64,000 nt of DNA from Tubulanus polymorphus (lineage: Eukaryota > Animalia > Nemertea), in assembly GCF_964204645.1 (NCBI RefSeq), contig NC_134033.1, positions 14,454,655 to 14,518,654 of the forward strand. Reading direction: 5' to 3'. The notes under the pieces were generated by a model. The model was not told the origin of the DNA and did not search any database. It saw only the letters and a list, made by a program, of their open reading frames with translations. The stretch's first letter is position 1. Every line of letters begins with the position of its first letter. Shown one piece after another: positions 27,003 to 39,247 of this stretch. The position numbers and the translations under genes are program-made.

Positions 27003-29129
27003 CGGTGTATCGACTGGCGATTCGAAAGACAAAAAAGGCGTATTGTATATACAGAATAGTATGCGATTGCGATTTGCATATGCAAATGAGCCAGCATACG
27101 ACCATATTCAACAGTTATCGATCAGGAAATTCACCAAAAAATGAAAACACAAATAAATCTTAATCTTCCTAATATTATTTTCAGATGTTAGAATAAACTA
27201 CGCATTAATCAATTAAACAGGAGTGTTATTTCTGATTATTCAACAATAAATCTAAATCGTTAATTGGAGAATATGTTGATTTAAAGGCATGGACAATTTT
27301 CAAATGAGATATCTATGTTCATTTTCACCGGATCAATGCGTTACATTAATGTAAGCCATAACGATATGAATACAACAGTAAATATTCAGTCGACATTGTA
27401 AAAAAACATCAAAATTATATTTATACTTCCGGATCCAGTTCCACAGTTGTGAGTCAGAGTTAATTCTGAGTTAAAATCAGTTCATTTTCAATGACTTAAC
27501 TCATAGCTGTGGAACTGGGTCCTGGCGATCTATTCACATAAGTATTTCAGGTCGCACAATGATTAGGTAAAACGGGATAGTGAAACGTTCTCACGGATTT
27601 CTATTCAGTCGATAGATTATACATTTTCTTTCGCATGTTATCGATTTACAATTTTTATCTCGATAGCAAATACGCACCAGGCGTCTATTTGCATAACAAG
27701 GGTCTCTAGTGTTCTGTGAATTATTTTGCGCTCATTTTCACCGAACGTGTCGGAACACGGCTAAATGTTATGACTGCGAGTAGGGCGTTTATATGTGCGC
27801 GATAGTGACGCGGCGAACCGCACCACTAAAACTCAGTACTACTTCGTATGGAAACTTGCACTTTCTGGTTTACATTCCCCGAAGAGACTATAACCCTGTA
27901 ACTACCATATGTTTCAATGCAACATCGGATAGTTTTAACTCGTGCAATCGTGTCGTAGTTGTGCGCATTCGTATTTGCGATAGTTTCTTGGAATTTAATT
28001 CATTCGTAAACAAGTAAGTTCATTTCTTTTTTTTGTATCATAGGGCAGCCCTGAAGGTCGTATGACATAATAAAGCCGTAAACTTCGGTTTTCACGCAAG
28101 TCAGCCATTTTGTGTAACAGGTGTTGACGAATTTAGAGCACGAAGAAACTTTTTACGTTAGTTTAATTAATTTCTGGTCCTGAAACAGAATTCATACATA
28201 ATTTATGGCTCACCTGCTGTTTCCGATATGGCTGTCGTTCGGTTAAGTTTTGATCGTGGCAATGTCGGCTCGTGACGTGGACCCTTCAAATCTAGGACAC
28301 ATTAATATCACGTGATGCAAAAATTCCAGACTACAACAGTTTCATATTGCGAAATAATATCCGAAACGAACTAAACAGAACAAAGGATTTTGATATGAAG
28401 AATTATTTCATCATTTTAATTTCAATTTCCTTAGTTATTTCTACCATTCAAGCGGTTACAGTGATTATTTATTACTATATCAAATTTAACAAAATTATTG
28501 GAAACTATCGGGCACTAGAAAATCGTCACAACCGACGGATAGTTCGTTGTATCCAGGAAAGAAATGTCTTGAACTTTTTAATTTGGTTTAAATTCTGAGA
28601 TTGTTATATCCAATCGTCGTATACAAGTTCTTCGTTGCAATGTTTAAGTATAGGAATCCTTGTGGAATCACTCCATAAAAATCAAAACTTCATATCATTT
28701 TTCACTAAATCCAACACCAACTATCGTGGACGTGCTTTCATTTCGCTTATCTGAAAATACAGTTATGAAAATTAATCAAATGCAGTTGAATCTTGAAACT
28801 ACAAAAAACTCTACTTGGTGCAGGGAAAATATCATCGTTCGCAAAATAACATTAATCCCAATTTTTCCACTAAGGCATATTATTTCTAGACGATAAGGTT
28901 TAGATCAGTTTTTTTTTTGTTTCGGCTCCTAGAATGATATCACGATGCAATCTCGGATATATCTATCTATAACTTCGTTCGTAAATCGAATGAATGAAAA
29001 GGCAGCGGTAATCTCCTAACGAGGTAAAAATGTAACTTCGCTTTAAACGACATTGTCTTTTTAAGGTAGCAAAATATTTCGAATTATCAGTACGACATTG
29101 TTTGATACGGATGAAATCTTCTGAAAGAG

Positions 29130-29426
29130 CTATCTAGATAAAAAGTGCACCCACCAACGACGATTTGCATCAAAACCGGGAATATTTGAATCTTTAATCC
29201 CTACATTGTAACCGCGGATTCTTCCGCAGAAACAGGTGACGATCAGAATGTTTCGTTGACGGTAGTACCAGTCAAGACTTCCATACGAACATTGTGGCGA
29301 ATGTTCTTCGTCGATGTCGTTCCGATACAACCAACAGTAACATGCTCTGTAAAAACGTCCACCTTTCTGCCAATAATGGCATGCATCGTGGTAATGGTCT
29401 TCGCGTCGATAGCCGGTGGGTAACAT
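29130..29426 (-). CDS. Cluster gene A: ~90-98-aa Cys/His micro-protein (2x H-C-C-C module + SNIP motif); CaaX tail lost
   Basis: MLPTGYRREDHYHDAC..CYC..HSPQC..CFCGRIR..SNIPGFDANRR. Exon 1 (29155-29426) is 272 nt, the same as gene B. Splicing to the homologous exon at ~28700-28750 creates TG|A stop. TATA and octamer lie upstream. Confidence 0.75.
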   Translation of the reverse strand: MLPTGYRREDHYHDACHYWQKGGRFYRACYCWLYRNDIDEEHSPQCSYGSLDWYYRQRNILIVTCFCGRIRGYNVGIKDSNIPGFDANRRWWVHFLSR

Positions 29427-29499
29427 TTTCGTAAAATCGGTGACAATATTTGCTCAAAGAAACTTCTTGAATGCAATTCCAAGTTTCCCACTTGGCAAT

Positions 29500-29592
29500 T
29501 TATAGTCAACACAAAAGAAAGAAGACGTGTCTTTATTTGCATATTGCGTACTCACGCCCTTTTCAGTTATTCTTAGTTCGGCGGAAAACCCT
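29500..29592 (-). promoter_or_regulatory. Conserved proximal promoter of cluster genes (kB-like GGGTTTTCC, octamer ATGCAAAT, TATAAA); equivalents upstream of B, C, D and H
   Basis: Octamer at 29535-42, 31158-65, 35110-17 and 38624-31, with variant ATGTAAAT at 32894-901. GGG(T)4-5CC at 29583-91, 31197-206 and 35213-21. TATAAA lies ~70-80 nt before the ATG in A, B and C. Confidence 0.55.
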
Positions 29593-30357
29593 TCGTTTTC
29601 TTGCGCAAAGCTTTATTAAAGCGAGAAAATTTTGACAATAATTCGTTCTAAAAAATACTTTAAGAAATTTTCACGATTCGTAGTTTTAAAAATCATCGTC
29701 TATCTTCGACAATTGTATCGAATTAATTTTCAATATGATATTTCATGCGATCTTCAATTTTTATTCGTCAAAAAACATAACATTTATAGTCACCGTTCTC
29801 AAAATTCCCAGTTCTTCTCAATGACTAATTTTAATATGATATTTCGTGTGATCTTTAATCTTGATTCGTCAAAGAATCATAAAATCTGTCGCCGTTCCCA
29901 GTTCCTCTCACCAAAGACGACATTGACTTCAGAAATGGGAATAATCACGTCAGCGGATTCCTGCACAATAGCATTTCATAGCCAAGATCCGAAACAAACA
30001 AAACAGAACAAAACCCTTCGATATAAAGAGTTAATTCATCACTTTAATCTGATTTCAATTTTCTTCGTTATTTCACTACACATTTTAAGCAATAACATTG
30101 ATTCTTTATTACGATATTAAGCTATTAAGATAAAATTACTAGAGAAACTATGGGACATTAGAAAATCTGTTCCTTATAACCGATAGTTCGTCGTATCCGG
30201 AAAAGAATTGTCTGGAACTTTAAATTCTAAGCTTGTTGTATCAGATTAATCGTTATGTCCAATAAGCATCCACGGCAAGTTCTTCATTACAATTCGAAAG
30301 TATCGGAATCCTAGTAGAATCACTCCATAAGAATAAAAATATTAATATCAGAATTGT

Positions 30358-31052
30358 TCACAAAATCCGACACCAACTATCATCGTCGTTCCTTCTTTCC
30401 GCTTCTCTGAAAATATATTTATGAAAATAATTAGATACAGTTGACTCTTGAAACTGCCAGGAAATCTATTTGGGTGGGCGAAAATATTAGTGTTCTCGGA
30501 CATTATTCCGCACTTTCCTCTAATGTATACCATTTCCACATGAGAATTTCCTCTGGATTCCATTTATAAATTTGTTTATAAAATAAATGTGGCGGGATCA
30601 CCAAAAAGACAGTACAGATGCAACTGCGCTCTAAACTAAATCGTCGTTAAAGTTTCGACAATAATTCTAACCATCAATAAAGCATAGTTCGACACGGTTG
30701 AAAAACATTTGGCAAAATTGTGTCGATTGTTTCGATTTATTTAAACTATCAACGTTCTATCAGCTCCCAGCATCACTCACCTATTACGGCATACATCTAT
30801 GTTGGGCAGATTTGATTCCCTATGCTGATGGTAATGACCACGGATCCGTCCACAGTAACAGGTGACGATGAGACGATATTTACCTTCATGGATGTAGTAT
30901 TTTCCATGCAAACATTTTGGGCCGTGTTTCTCGCGATTCACAATTTCACGCGAAGAATCGCAACAGCATTTTCTGTAAAAATACTTGCATTGTCTCCAAT
31001 AACGGCATCGATTATTATAATGCTCCTCGCGTCGAGAACCGGTGGCAGACAT
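30358..31052 (-). CDS. Cluster gene B: 106-aa protein, 2x H-C-C-C module + SNLP motif + CaaX (CRIL)
   Basis: Exons 30781-31052 and 30358-30406 (phase 2): ...HYNNRC..CCC..HGPKC..CYCGRIR..SNLPNIDVCRNR|EAERRNDDDSWCRIL*. Confidence 0.85.
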
Positions 31053-31932
31053 TTTTCGTAAAATCAGTGGTAAGATTTGCTACAAGAAACTTCTCGAATG
31101 CAACTCCGAGTGTCCCGCCTGGCAATTTATAGTCAACACGAAACACGACGTGTCCTTATTTGCATATTGCGCCCTTTCAGTTATTCTTAGGTCGGTGGAA
31201 AAACCCTCGATTTCTTACGCAACTTTTTTATGAAAAAGCGAGAGAATTTTGACAATAATTCCTTTAAAAAAATACTTTTAGAAATTTCTGCGATTTGTAG
31301 ATTTAAATCATCGTCTATCCTCGAAAGATTGTATCGAATTAATTTCATTCAATCAATTCTAGTATGATATTTCATGTCATCTTTAATCTTAATTCGTCAA
31401 AAAACATTACATTTATAGTGACCGTTCTCAAAATTCCCAGTTCCTCTCAATGACTGGGATATACATCAAAAATGGGAGTATTTGACGTCCCCTGTCGTAT
31501 TATTGCTACTGTTGCTACTTTGACTAGATTTTTTTTTTACAATCATTATTCGAATTCCTTGCGCTCAACACAAAAACAGTTTCAGATTTCGAAATGGATC
31601 AGAAACGACAAACAAACCACCAAAGAAATACTTTTAAGCCTTAAATTAAGTATTAATAGATAATTTTATTCTTTTCTTCTCTTAAACTATTTCAGTGGAA
31701 CCTCGTTACATTGAATTCCAGTGCAGAAAAAAATCTGTGCTTTTTAAGTGATTATTCGTCGATAGTTCGTCGCATTCGGTATGGAATTAACTAAATTTTC
31801 TATCTTGGGATGAAGTCGTATGGCCGTAATGTCCGATAAATCGTTTTATTCAATAGTTATATGCAATATTTATATCCAAGTTCGTCAAAAGTAGGTTTCA
31901 CTGTAGAATTAGAGAGAATACATCGGAATTCC

Positions 31933-32803
31933 TTACAGCACACTGCACCAACCACTTAACCAATCGCTGTCTTCTTCTTCTGCCATTTCTTTCCTTTTCA
32001 TTTCCCTTTCTTTTGCCTTTTCTGCCTCCTCGTCCCTGAACATAAACACATAGAAATAAATCAAACGCGGTTAATAACTAAATCTGTGAGACGTCTAAGT
32101 ATTTGGCTGGGTGACACGGTGGTGAAGTTCCTTAACCAGTGGTTAAATCATTTATCCACTGGTTAGCCTCTTTTTCATTCGCCCAGCCTCACTTTGAAAT
32201 TAATCACTCATATGATTAAAATGGAGTCGGTTTTGATTGATATCGACAAAAAATTTTTTTCAAACCAATTTAACAGAACAAATTTCAACGTTATTAAAAC
32301 TTGGCTGAAAGGTGATATTCTAGCGTGACTTCTATCCGTGACTCCTCGCATAAAAGTTCAGCTATAAAGTTTATCCGATCTCTTTCAAAACGCAATCTTT
32401 CTCTTAAACATTCATCCGAAAATTTATTTAGATGCTCGAATCGATTAACTCTGTCAAGCCAAATGCAGGCAATAAAAACTACGTCGGCCATTTTAACCAC
32501 TGGTTGAGAACTTAACATAACCCTATAGGTCGTTTAACTTTAACCGATGGTTGGACAATTAAACCATAGGTTAAATTTTTGAGCAACCCAATCTAACCAA
32601 CGGTTAAGAGTTTAACCTGGCTTTGAGCAACCGCCAGCCCCTCGTGTTCAAATGTGCACTCACCTCACCGCACGATCCGTAGGCAATGCATCATAAGTAG
32701 CAACATTTGAAGGCTTAATCTCGTTGTTACTTTTCGGTTTTGGGGTCTCACTATCCAAATTCGAATGGGGTTTTACTCTCAGTTGAGAACTGTTGGAAGA
32801 CAT
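31933..32803 (-). CDS. Cluster gene C: 80-aa protein lacking the Cys modules, with PSNV motif + charged helix + CaaX (CSVL)
   Basis: Exons 32664-32803 and 31933-32035 (phase 2): MSSNSSQLRVKPHSNLDSETPKPKSNNEIKPSNVATYDALPTDRAVR|DEEAEKAKEREMKRKEMAEEEDSDWLSGWCSVL*. Not present in the ORF track. Confidence 0.75.
32110..32640 (-). mobile_element. PIF/Harbinger-derived element remnant in the intron of gene C; partial copy at ~38215-38335
   Basis: ORF fragment FSDECLRERLRFERDRINFIAELL resembles the N-terminal DxxFRxRFRFxRxxxxxLxxLL segment of HARBI1/PIF transposases. The terminus reads GGCGGTTGCTCAAAGCCAGGTTAAAC. Confidence 0.6.
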
Positions 32804-33229
32804 TTCCGTAAACTTCGATGGCAACTTGGGATCAGCTCGAATTCAGAAATGTCCAACATGAACATTATATTTATAGTCAGCGAAAGAATCGATATTTACA
32901 TGATAATTGAATAGACATTTGCGCCATTGGCTAATAAATTTAATGTATTACCTACCACGCCCCTTCGAGTGATTTATAGCTCAACGAAAAAAAAACAACT
33001 TCAATGAATTAAGAAAAAAAGTTCGTTTAAGAATTTAGAACATTTTCATCATAGATTTCATAAGATCTACAATGGTCGTGTATCTTTGATACTGGTCTTA
33101 AATTGATTTTCTCTCGAAATCAAAATCCTTTTGCCCAAAATGATTTACTCCTTTTCTCTTTGTATATCGCAAAAAGAAAGCGATATATTTTCGGTTATCT
33201 ATTTTAGCATTCGACAGCCTCCGAAATCG

Positions 33230-33460
33230 ATCGGTGCTGACGATTCTAAACAGACTACTCGCCATACTTGTGGGGAAAACATCGGTTAGAATTGTGCTAA
33301 ACCGGTGGCACTACCCAACATTCGCAATGAATTCTAGTCGTTTTTCGACCCGCGTAACAATAATCTTACATCATCGCTCTAAACTCTTTAACAGTGAACT
33401 TTGTGAAGTCTTTCTGAAAAAATATCGCTTTCTTATCGATAACACATTCCCTTTATTCGA
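33230..33460 (-). pseudogene. Decayed paralog of cluster gene E
   Basis: DNA similarity to 35590-35710 (CACTACCC.ACATTCGCAAT.AATTCTA.TCGTTTTT..CCCGCGTAACAA); no intact ORF. Confidence 0.65.
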
Positions 33461-33744
33461 AGCCGAATCTCCTCAATGCGTCTCCTGTCGTATCGTTGCT
33501 ACTGTGACAAGATTTTTGTTTACAATCATTATTCGAATTCCGAGTTTTGCACTACACACAAAAACAGACTGTTTCGGATTGCGAAATGAGATCAGAAACG
33601 ACCAAGAAACAGAAAAAAAAAATACTTTTACGGCTTAAATGAAGTGTTAATTGAACATTTCATTTTTCAATCATTTTCATCTTTTTTTAAGCGATTGGTT
33701 ACAATGTTTGTTCATTCCAATACAATTATCATTAACTAACCTAT

Positions 33745-34237
33745 TATTTATTTTTGATTGTCCACGAACTTTTTGGGATATTTCGCTTAATTTTGGGTGC
33801 GCATACCTCAAATATGTCTTAATCGAATCAGTAGAGTTGTGCAGTCAAGATGAATCATCGTTTTTATATCCATTTTGTTCCGAGTTGGCCTATGATAGCG
33901 CAACCATTGCGGCCGTGCCCGCGTAGTGAAACACGTGCGAGCAATGTACTCTCCCCATAGAAAATAAACTTACCCAGGTCACATGGTACACACTGCTCAT
34001 TAGCATAAAGAAGTAAACAAACTGGAACAAAATGGCGGTCTCTCTTGCCGATTTAAAGCTCAATTTTCGAGAATATCAATCCTTCAACTCGGAACAAAAT
34101 GGATATAAGAACGATGATTTATCTGGACTGCACAACTCTGCTGTCTGCTGGTTCGATTAAGACATATTTGAGGTATGCACACCCAAAATTAAGCGAAATA
34201 TCCCAAAAAGATCGTGGACAATCAAAAATAAATAGAC
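33745..34237. mobile_element. MITE with ~145-bp terminal inverted repeats
   Basis: TTTATTTTTGATTGTCCACGA..TTTTGGGATATTTCGCTTAATTTTGGGTG..ATACCTCAAATATGTCTTAATCGAA..CCATTTTGTTCCGAGTTG is mirrored at 34085-34237. It interrupts the duplicated 3' flank of gene D. Confidence 0.85.
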
Positions 34238-34458
34238 TTTAGAATTAAACTATTTCAGTGGAACCTCGTTACAGAGTGCCCCAGAAAATGTGTGCTTTAT
34301 TATTCGTCGATAGTTCGTCGCATTCAGCATAGAATTAACTAAATTGTCTTTCATGGGTTGAAGTCGTATAAATCGTTACATCCAATAGTTACATGCAATC
34401 ATGAAGTTCGTCAAAACCAGGTTTCACTGTAGAATCAGAGAGAATACATCGGAATTCC

Positions 34459-35006
34459 TTACAGCACACTGCACCAACCACTTAACCAACCACCATAACC
34501 GCCTTTTCTTCCCCGTCCTCTGAAAATATACATATAGAAATAAATTGAACGCGGTTAATCATTAAGTCTGCGGGTGACAATATGATATGTGGCTGGCAGA
34601 TGTTATCCACCATTTCGATTTATAACCAATCATTCATAACTAAAAAAGCTAAAAAAAATTGATACCTTGTTTCTCCTTTCTGCTGAGCTTAAAAGTTGAT
34701 ACTTTTTTCTTAAATTATGATCAAGACATACAATAAGAGACCCGGCAGCTATTGAAACGACCCTGTCTATGGAGATATGACAACAATTCCATCCTATATT
34801 TGTCCTCGTAAAATAGTTTCATGTACGAAAGACTTTTGAAGAAATTGAATCTGGATTTGTTAAGATGATCAAAAGCGCACTCACCGATAACGAGCTACAT
34901 CCCAACTTGGAATATTTGAAGGCTTAATCCGCATAAGACTGCGGGAAACGTTATTAATCTGATGGATCACACGATTCCACTCTGTATTGTTACCGTTGGA
35001 AGGCAT
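34459..35006 (-). CDS. Cluster gene D: ~60-aa protein, PSNIP motif + Gly/Arg linker + CaaX (CSVL)
   Basis: Exons 34885-35006 and 34459-34519 (phase 2): MPSNGNNTEWNRVIHQINNVSRSLMRIKPSNIPSWDVARYR|GRGRKGGYGGWLSGWCSVL*. The ATG was chosen by homology to the other genes; an upstream in-frame ATG at 35078 is possible. Confidence 0.75.
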
Positions 35007-35566
35007 TTTATTTTCCGTAAATTCGATGGCGAGATTCGTTAAGGGCAGTTTAAATTCAAAAACCTCCGCTCTGGACATTCATATTCATACGTACGCAGCA
35101 AAGACCGATATTTGCATAACTATGAGCGAAGAAATCGTGTATTCGCGCTATTTGCTGGTGAACTAATTTATTATTATATATTCACATTCCTTCGAGTTAT
35201 TTATAGTTCGACGGAAAACCCGACGGAATCACGAAACATCGCAAAAAAGTCATAAAAGAGTGGATTTAGAAATAGTTCGTTCAAGAACAACGAACATTTT
35301 CACCACAGATTTCATAAGATCTATAATTGTCATGTATATTTGATACTATTGTATTGAATCGATTTTCACTTGGAATTCATCCTATTTCAACACTCCGCGC
35401 ATCCGAGAATAGTGACATTCAAAGAATTATTTGACCAGAAATATTTGTCCACTTTTTTTGTTTCAAAATCGCATCAAGAATGATAATTTTGGTTATTTGT
35501 TTTATTCGATTGGCGCTGACGATTCTAAGGAGAACACGAATTTCGTCTGAAAACTTACCATTTTTT

Positions 35567-35830
35567 CTATTTGCGATAAGTGTCGGCAGTAGGAAGGTTA
35601 GAACTACGCTGATCCGGTGACACTACCCCACATTCGCAATTAATTCTAATCGTTTTTAGTCCCGCGTAACAACAATCAAGCGTCGTCGCCCAACACTCTT
35701 TCGCAGTATGATTCTGCTGGCCGTTTGGATATTTCTGATATTCGCAACAAGTTGAAGTACATTGTGTAATCAATCTGCCGTTCTTCGTTTCAAACGAGCA
35801 TTCTTTCTCGTGTGTGAAATTGTTCTTCAT
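35567..35830 (-). CDS. Cluster gene E: 87-aa single-exon Cys/His micro-protein
   Basis: HEKEC..CTSTC..HTAKEC..CECG..SNLPTADTYRK*; no signal peptide. Confidence 0.8.
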   Translation of the reverse strand: MKNNFTHEKECSFETKNGRLITQCTSTCCEYQKYPNGQQNHTAKECWATTLDCCYAGLKTIRINCECGVVSPDQRSSNLPTADTYRK

Positions 35831-36327
35831 TTTGTCAAACCAATATTCAACTGAACTCGATATTCGTCCTCACATTGCCGTATTCAATTCAATGCATTGC
35901 AGAGGACAATGTTGATTGGTTATTTTCAATCACGTGACAGCTATTGGAATGGATACCATTTAACCAATCGCCTTTATAAATCGCGCCATTCAGACGAGTT
36001 TTTTATCATTTAAACCTTTGTATGGTGAAAAACTATATTCGTTCAGAGTTCCTCAAATTCCAAATATTTACAATCAAATTCCTTATATTTTCACTCGACC
36101 TGGGCTTAACTTTCTTTTCATATATCTTCAAAAACTGCAATTAACTTAGAACTACGACGGGTATTTTTACCGGACTTTTTGCCGATTGCTTTTTGTTCCA
36201 AATGATATATTTCAACTGAATGAATATCGGTAGATTTATTCAAATGTTTAATCGCATTCACTTCGTCAAATTCAATCGATCCTGACCATACTAAAAAGGA
36301 CCTCATTCTCGCCAACTACTTACCTTA

Positions 36328-36579
36328 TTATTTTCTGATTTGATCAAAAACAGGCAGGTTGGAATTCCGCACTTCGCTCCCGGTCCATTTCCCACATACA
36401 CAATTAATTTTCATCGTTTTGTCTACCCCGTTGGTATATTTCACCTCTGCCAGACAATACTTATCATTATGAGTTAGAACATCCGGATATTTTCTAAATT
36501 CATCACAACTTTGATCACATTGTTGCACCAATTTGTCGCCCTTCCTTTCGAACGAGCACGCATTTGAGTGAACGGACAT
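36328..36579 (-). CDS. Cluster gene F: 83-aa single-exon Cys/His micro-protein
   Basis: HSNAC..CDQSC..HNDKYC..CVCG..SNLPVFDQIRK*; clearly homologous to E; TATATATA upstream. Confidence 0.8.
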   Translation of the reverse strand: MSVHSNACSFERKGDKLVQQCDQSCDEFRKYPDVLTHNDKYCLAEVKYTNGVDKTMKINCVCGKWTGSEVRNSNLPVFDQIRK

Positions 36580-36999
36580 TTTGCTTGGTCAATCGAAAGT
36601 TTACCCGAATATTTGCGAATATTCGCCTGATATATATAGGCAAATTTGATGCATCGCGAGTGGCGTTGATTGGCCAATGTTTTATCTCGTGACAGCTCTT
36701 GGCCTACTAATTGATAAGATTTATCACCCATAAAACTGAAAACCAGTGCTCTACTTCAAGTCGAAATAGAATTCTTTATTTGCACTCGGTGTGCACTCGA
36801 TTTTCCATTCATTTAAGAAATTGCTATCAATTTCCTTTTTCAAAGAACATCTATTCGTTAGACGAATGTTTAAAGCGCGTTTGTTTTACCTAATTAGGTT
36901 TTGCATCAGAGATGAAAGACCTACGAGTATTTGCCGTACAGTTCTGCTAGTTTCTTGTTTTGAAAACGATTCATTCCAAATTTGTTTTAAATAATTCCC

Positions 37000-37180
37000 T
37001 CAAACCACTGAGCGCCATGCAGGGCATTATTAGCAGTTTAGGTGTTATTTTTTCCCAATGGGGAGAGACCAGAGAATAACTTTCGACCAAGAAATTCTGT
37101 CGCCGCCAGGGTTGAACCTATAAACCCTGGATTGACGAGACCAGCGATCGGTGGCTTAAACCACCCTGCCACTGCGCCTC
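37000..37180 (-). mobile_element. tRNA-derived SINE-like fragment
   Basis: Minus strand GCGCAGTGGCAGGGTGG (A-box-like) ... GGTTCAACCC (B-box-like); no complete cloverleaf. Confidence 0.45.
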
Positions 37181-37782
37181 AAAAAGTAATTATCAGTATA
37201 TTCAAGTATTTGATATTTCTTCTCTGGCAGACCTTTTTGATGATATCTTTGTGAAGGTTTTTTTCGGGGCGTTTTGAAAATTATCGTTTTCTTATCGATA
37301 GCACTTTCCCTTAATTCGTAGTCGAATCTCCTCATTGCGTCTCCTGTCGTGATGTTGCTAATGTTGCTACTGTGACTAGATTTTTGTTTACAATCATTAT
37401 TCGAATTACAAGTTTTGCGCTCCACATAGAAACAGTTTCAGATTGCGAAATGAGATCAGAAACGACCAATAAACCGAAAAAATACTTTTAAGGCTTAAAT
37501 TAAGTATTAATTGATCATTTTATTCTTTTTTCTCTTAAACTATTTCAACCTCGGAACCTCGTTACAATGAACGTGCACCAGAAAATCTGTGATTTATAAG
37601 CGATTATTCGTCGATAGTTCTTCGCATTCATTATAGAATCAACTAATTTGTCTTTCTTGGGATGAAGTCCTAAGTCCGTAATGTCCGATAAATCGTTATA
37701 TCCAAAAGTTACATGCAATCATGAAGTTCGTCAGGTTTCACTGTAGAATCAGAGAGCATACATCGGAATTCCTTACAATTCG

Positions 37783-38501
37783 TTATTTTTTAGACCACCA
37801 ACCTCCACCACTGCCTTTTTCTTCTGGCTTCTCTACCGGATCCCTGAACATAAACGTATGAAAATAAATCAAGACTCGTTACTGATTCTCTCAGTGGGAC
37901 TCAATTCGGCTGGGTGTCTGAATATGATATAATCGTTCGCAGACACGTTATCCCCCATCTCGATTTATAACTATAATTCATAACTAATGCAATAAATCGA
38001 AAATCATGAAATGAAACTGTGCTTGAAACGACCGTGTCTGACAACAATTTCAACCATAAGTTCGAGTTTGCCTTCTCGTAAAATAGTTGATACGGATGAG
38101 AAATTATACGGACTAATTCAGATTTTCAAACGCGCACTCACCTCCGATATACATCATTACCGCCAATATTTGAAGGCTTAATCTTTATATCACTACGGGG
38201 TTCTCGGGTTTAGGCAATTTAACCATCGGTTAAATTTTTGAGCAACCCGATCTAACCGACGGTTAAAAAGCTTAACGGTCGGTTGGGGATTAAACCAACG
38301 GTTAAGAGTTTAACCTGGCTTCGAGCAACCGCCGGTCCCTCATGTTCAAATGTACACTCACCTCATCGCACGATCCGTAGGCAATGCATCATAAGTAGCA
38401 ACATTTGAAGGCTTAATCTCGTTGTTACTTTTGGGTTTTGGGGTCTGACTATCCAAATAATCATGGCGTTTCACTTCCTTTAGATGACTGTTGGAAGACA
38501 T
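37783..38501 (-). CDS. Cluster gene H: chimeric paralog of C without CaaX
   Basis: Exon 1 38362-38501 (MSSNSHLKEVKRHDYLDSQTPKPKSNNEIKPSNVATYDALPTDRAMR). The nearest phase-2 exon, 37783-37843, gives DPVEKPEEKGSGGGWWSKK*. An orphan exon-1 3' fragment (IKPSNIGGNDVYRR|GT) lies at ~38142-38205. Confidence 0.6.
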
Positions 38502-38989
38502 TTCCGTAAAATTTCGATGGATAGTTTCGATGCTATGAGTGACTAGAATTCAATTTGAAATCAGCTTGAATTCAGAAACTTCCAATCTGACCATAAAGTT
38601 ATAAAGTCAGCGTAAGAGCCGATATTTGCATAATTGGATAGACATGTCTTCGCGTCATTTGCTGATAGATTAATGCATTACTAGTCACGCCCCCTTCGAG
38701 TTAGAGCTCAACGGAAAAACCAAAAACCAAAATATTTGATTGAACTAAGAAAAAAGTTCGTTCAAGAATTTAGAACATTTTCATCATAGACTTCATAAAA
38801 TCTATAATTGTCGTATATCTTTGATACTTGTCTTGAATTGATTTTCTATCGAAATTAAAATCCTTTTGACCAAAATGATTTATTTACTTTTTGCATCAAA
38901 ATCGCAAAAATAATGCGATACATTTTCGATTATTTATTTCAGCAATCGACAGCCTCCGAAATCGATCGGTGCTGACGATTCTAAACAGA

Positions 38990-39247
38990 CTACTTTATCT
39001 GCGGGGAAAACGTCGTATAAGTAGGACGGTTAGAATTGTGCCTAACCGGTAGCACTACCCCAATTCTAATCTTTTTTAGCCCCGCGTAACAGCAATTTTA
39101 CATCATCGCGCAAAACTCTTTAACAGTATGTCTCTGCGGGTCGTGTGGATACTTCTGATATTCGTAACAAGTTGGAATACATTCTATTATCAACCTATCG
39201 TTTTTCCTTTCAAACAAGCCTTATTTCCTGTGTTTGAAATCGGTCAT
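38990..39247 (-). pseudogene. Pseudogenised paralog of gene E
   Basis: MTDFKHRK*GLFERKNDRLIIECIPTCYEYQKYPHDPQRHTVKEFCAMM* aligns to E but has in-frame stops. Confidence 0.75.
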
